A DNA stretch of 62,435 nucleotides, the filler included, from a bacterium (GTDB lineage: Bacteria; JALSQH01), in the NCBI GenBank assembly GCA_027004335.1. It is 10 parts of 10 records of this genome, joined end to end, with 100 filler letters (N's around TTAATTAATTAA, not from the genome) between each part and the next. Parts side by side here need not be neighbours in the genome. Positions count along the whole stretch, not along the records: positions 60,599 to 62,435 come from JALTID010000261.1; 9 more parts are not named here. One strand, 5' to 3'. The translations under genes and the position numbers were made by a program. Numbering within the stretch: the stretch's first letter is position 1; the number at the start of each line of letters is the position of its first letter. Positions 61,859 to 62,435 of this stretch are shown here, one piece after another. Under the pieces are notes generated by a model that saw only the letters and a program-made list of their open reading frames with translations, was not told the DNA's origin and did no database searches.

Positions 61859-62435
61859 TTATTTAAACACTATGGTTTTTCTTCCGAAAACAAGAATCTT
61901 ATGGTTTAAATGGTAGATTAATGCCCGGGAAAGGACCATTCTTTCCAGATCCCTTCCCTTCTTTTTTATTTCTTCAAGAGAATCCCTGTGCGTTATCCTT
62001 GTGATATCCTGTTCAATTATGGGACCTTCATCTAATTCTTCTGTAACATAGTGACTTGTAGCACCGATTATTTTTACCCCCCTCTCATACGCCTGTCTGT
62101 ATGGGTTAGTTCCTGCAAATGCCGGTAAAAAGGAGTGATGTATATTAATTATTCTATTAGGATATCTGCTTACAAATTGAGGTGTGAATATCTGCATATA
62201 TCTGGCCAGCACTATAGTTTCAACATGAAAATCTTTGAGCAGTGATAGCTCCCTAATTTCCTGCTGGATCTTGTTATCTTTATTTTTGGGGAAATGGAAA
62301 AATTGAATTTTTCTGCAATTTTTTTAAATCTTGAGTCAATCTCATCTGGTAAGAGCTTGAATCCACTCAATTCCCATTCCACTCTCATGAAAAAAGTAGA
62401 ACTTTCCCTGTTAACATGTTCGTCAAGACTTATAA
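61859..62435 (-). pseudogene. purU: Formyltetrahydrofolate deformylase with internal deletion and frameshift (5' end outside window)
   Basis: VLARYMQ, INIHHSFLP, IGATSHYVTEELDEGPIIEQD; upstream ACT segment FFMRVEW is in another frame. Confidence 0.8.

Overview
AT-rich bacterial draft or metagenome sequence made of 10 contigs joined by artificial 100-nt N/TTAATTAATTAA linkers, so gene neighbourhoods are meaningful only within a contig. Content is mostly housekeeping and metabolic: ribF/ktrAB, tandem amtB, a GGDEF protein, nfi, acyl-CoA catabolism, methylmalonyl-CoA mutase/cobO, a Mo-oxidoreductase, a dnaK-hsp20-dnaJ-htpX-clp-degQ cluster, rsmD-coaD-aminotransferase, addAB, yajC-secDF-recJ, acsB/acsC, aroF-ileS-lspA, an MNT-HEPN toxin-antitoxin pair, EF-G2, gyrB, lon and purU. 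Gene families suggest a deltaproteobacteria-like anaerobe (inference). I found no CRISPR array, transposase, integrase or phage gene, and no clear multi-gene novel system. The most notable observations are an RNase P RNA lacking P18 with an extra helix, a tRNA-Arg(GCG), a LarA-family protein missing the nickel-pincer residues, a grpE-less proteostasis cluster, a degenerate metallophosphoesterase and several eroded genes. All family calls come from motif recognition by eye; no searches were run.
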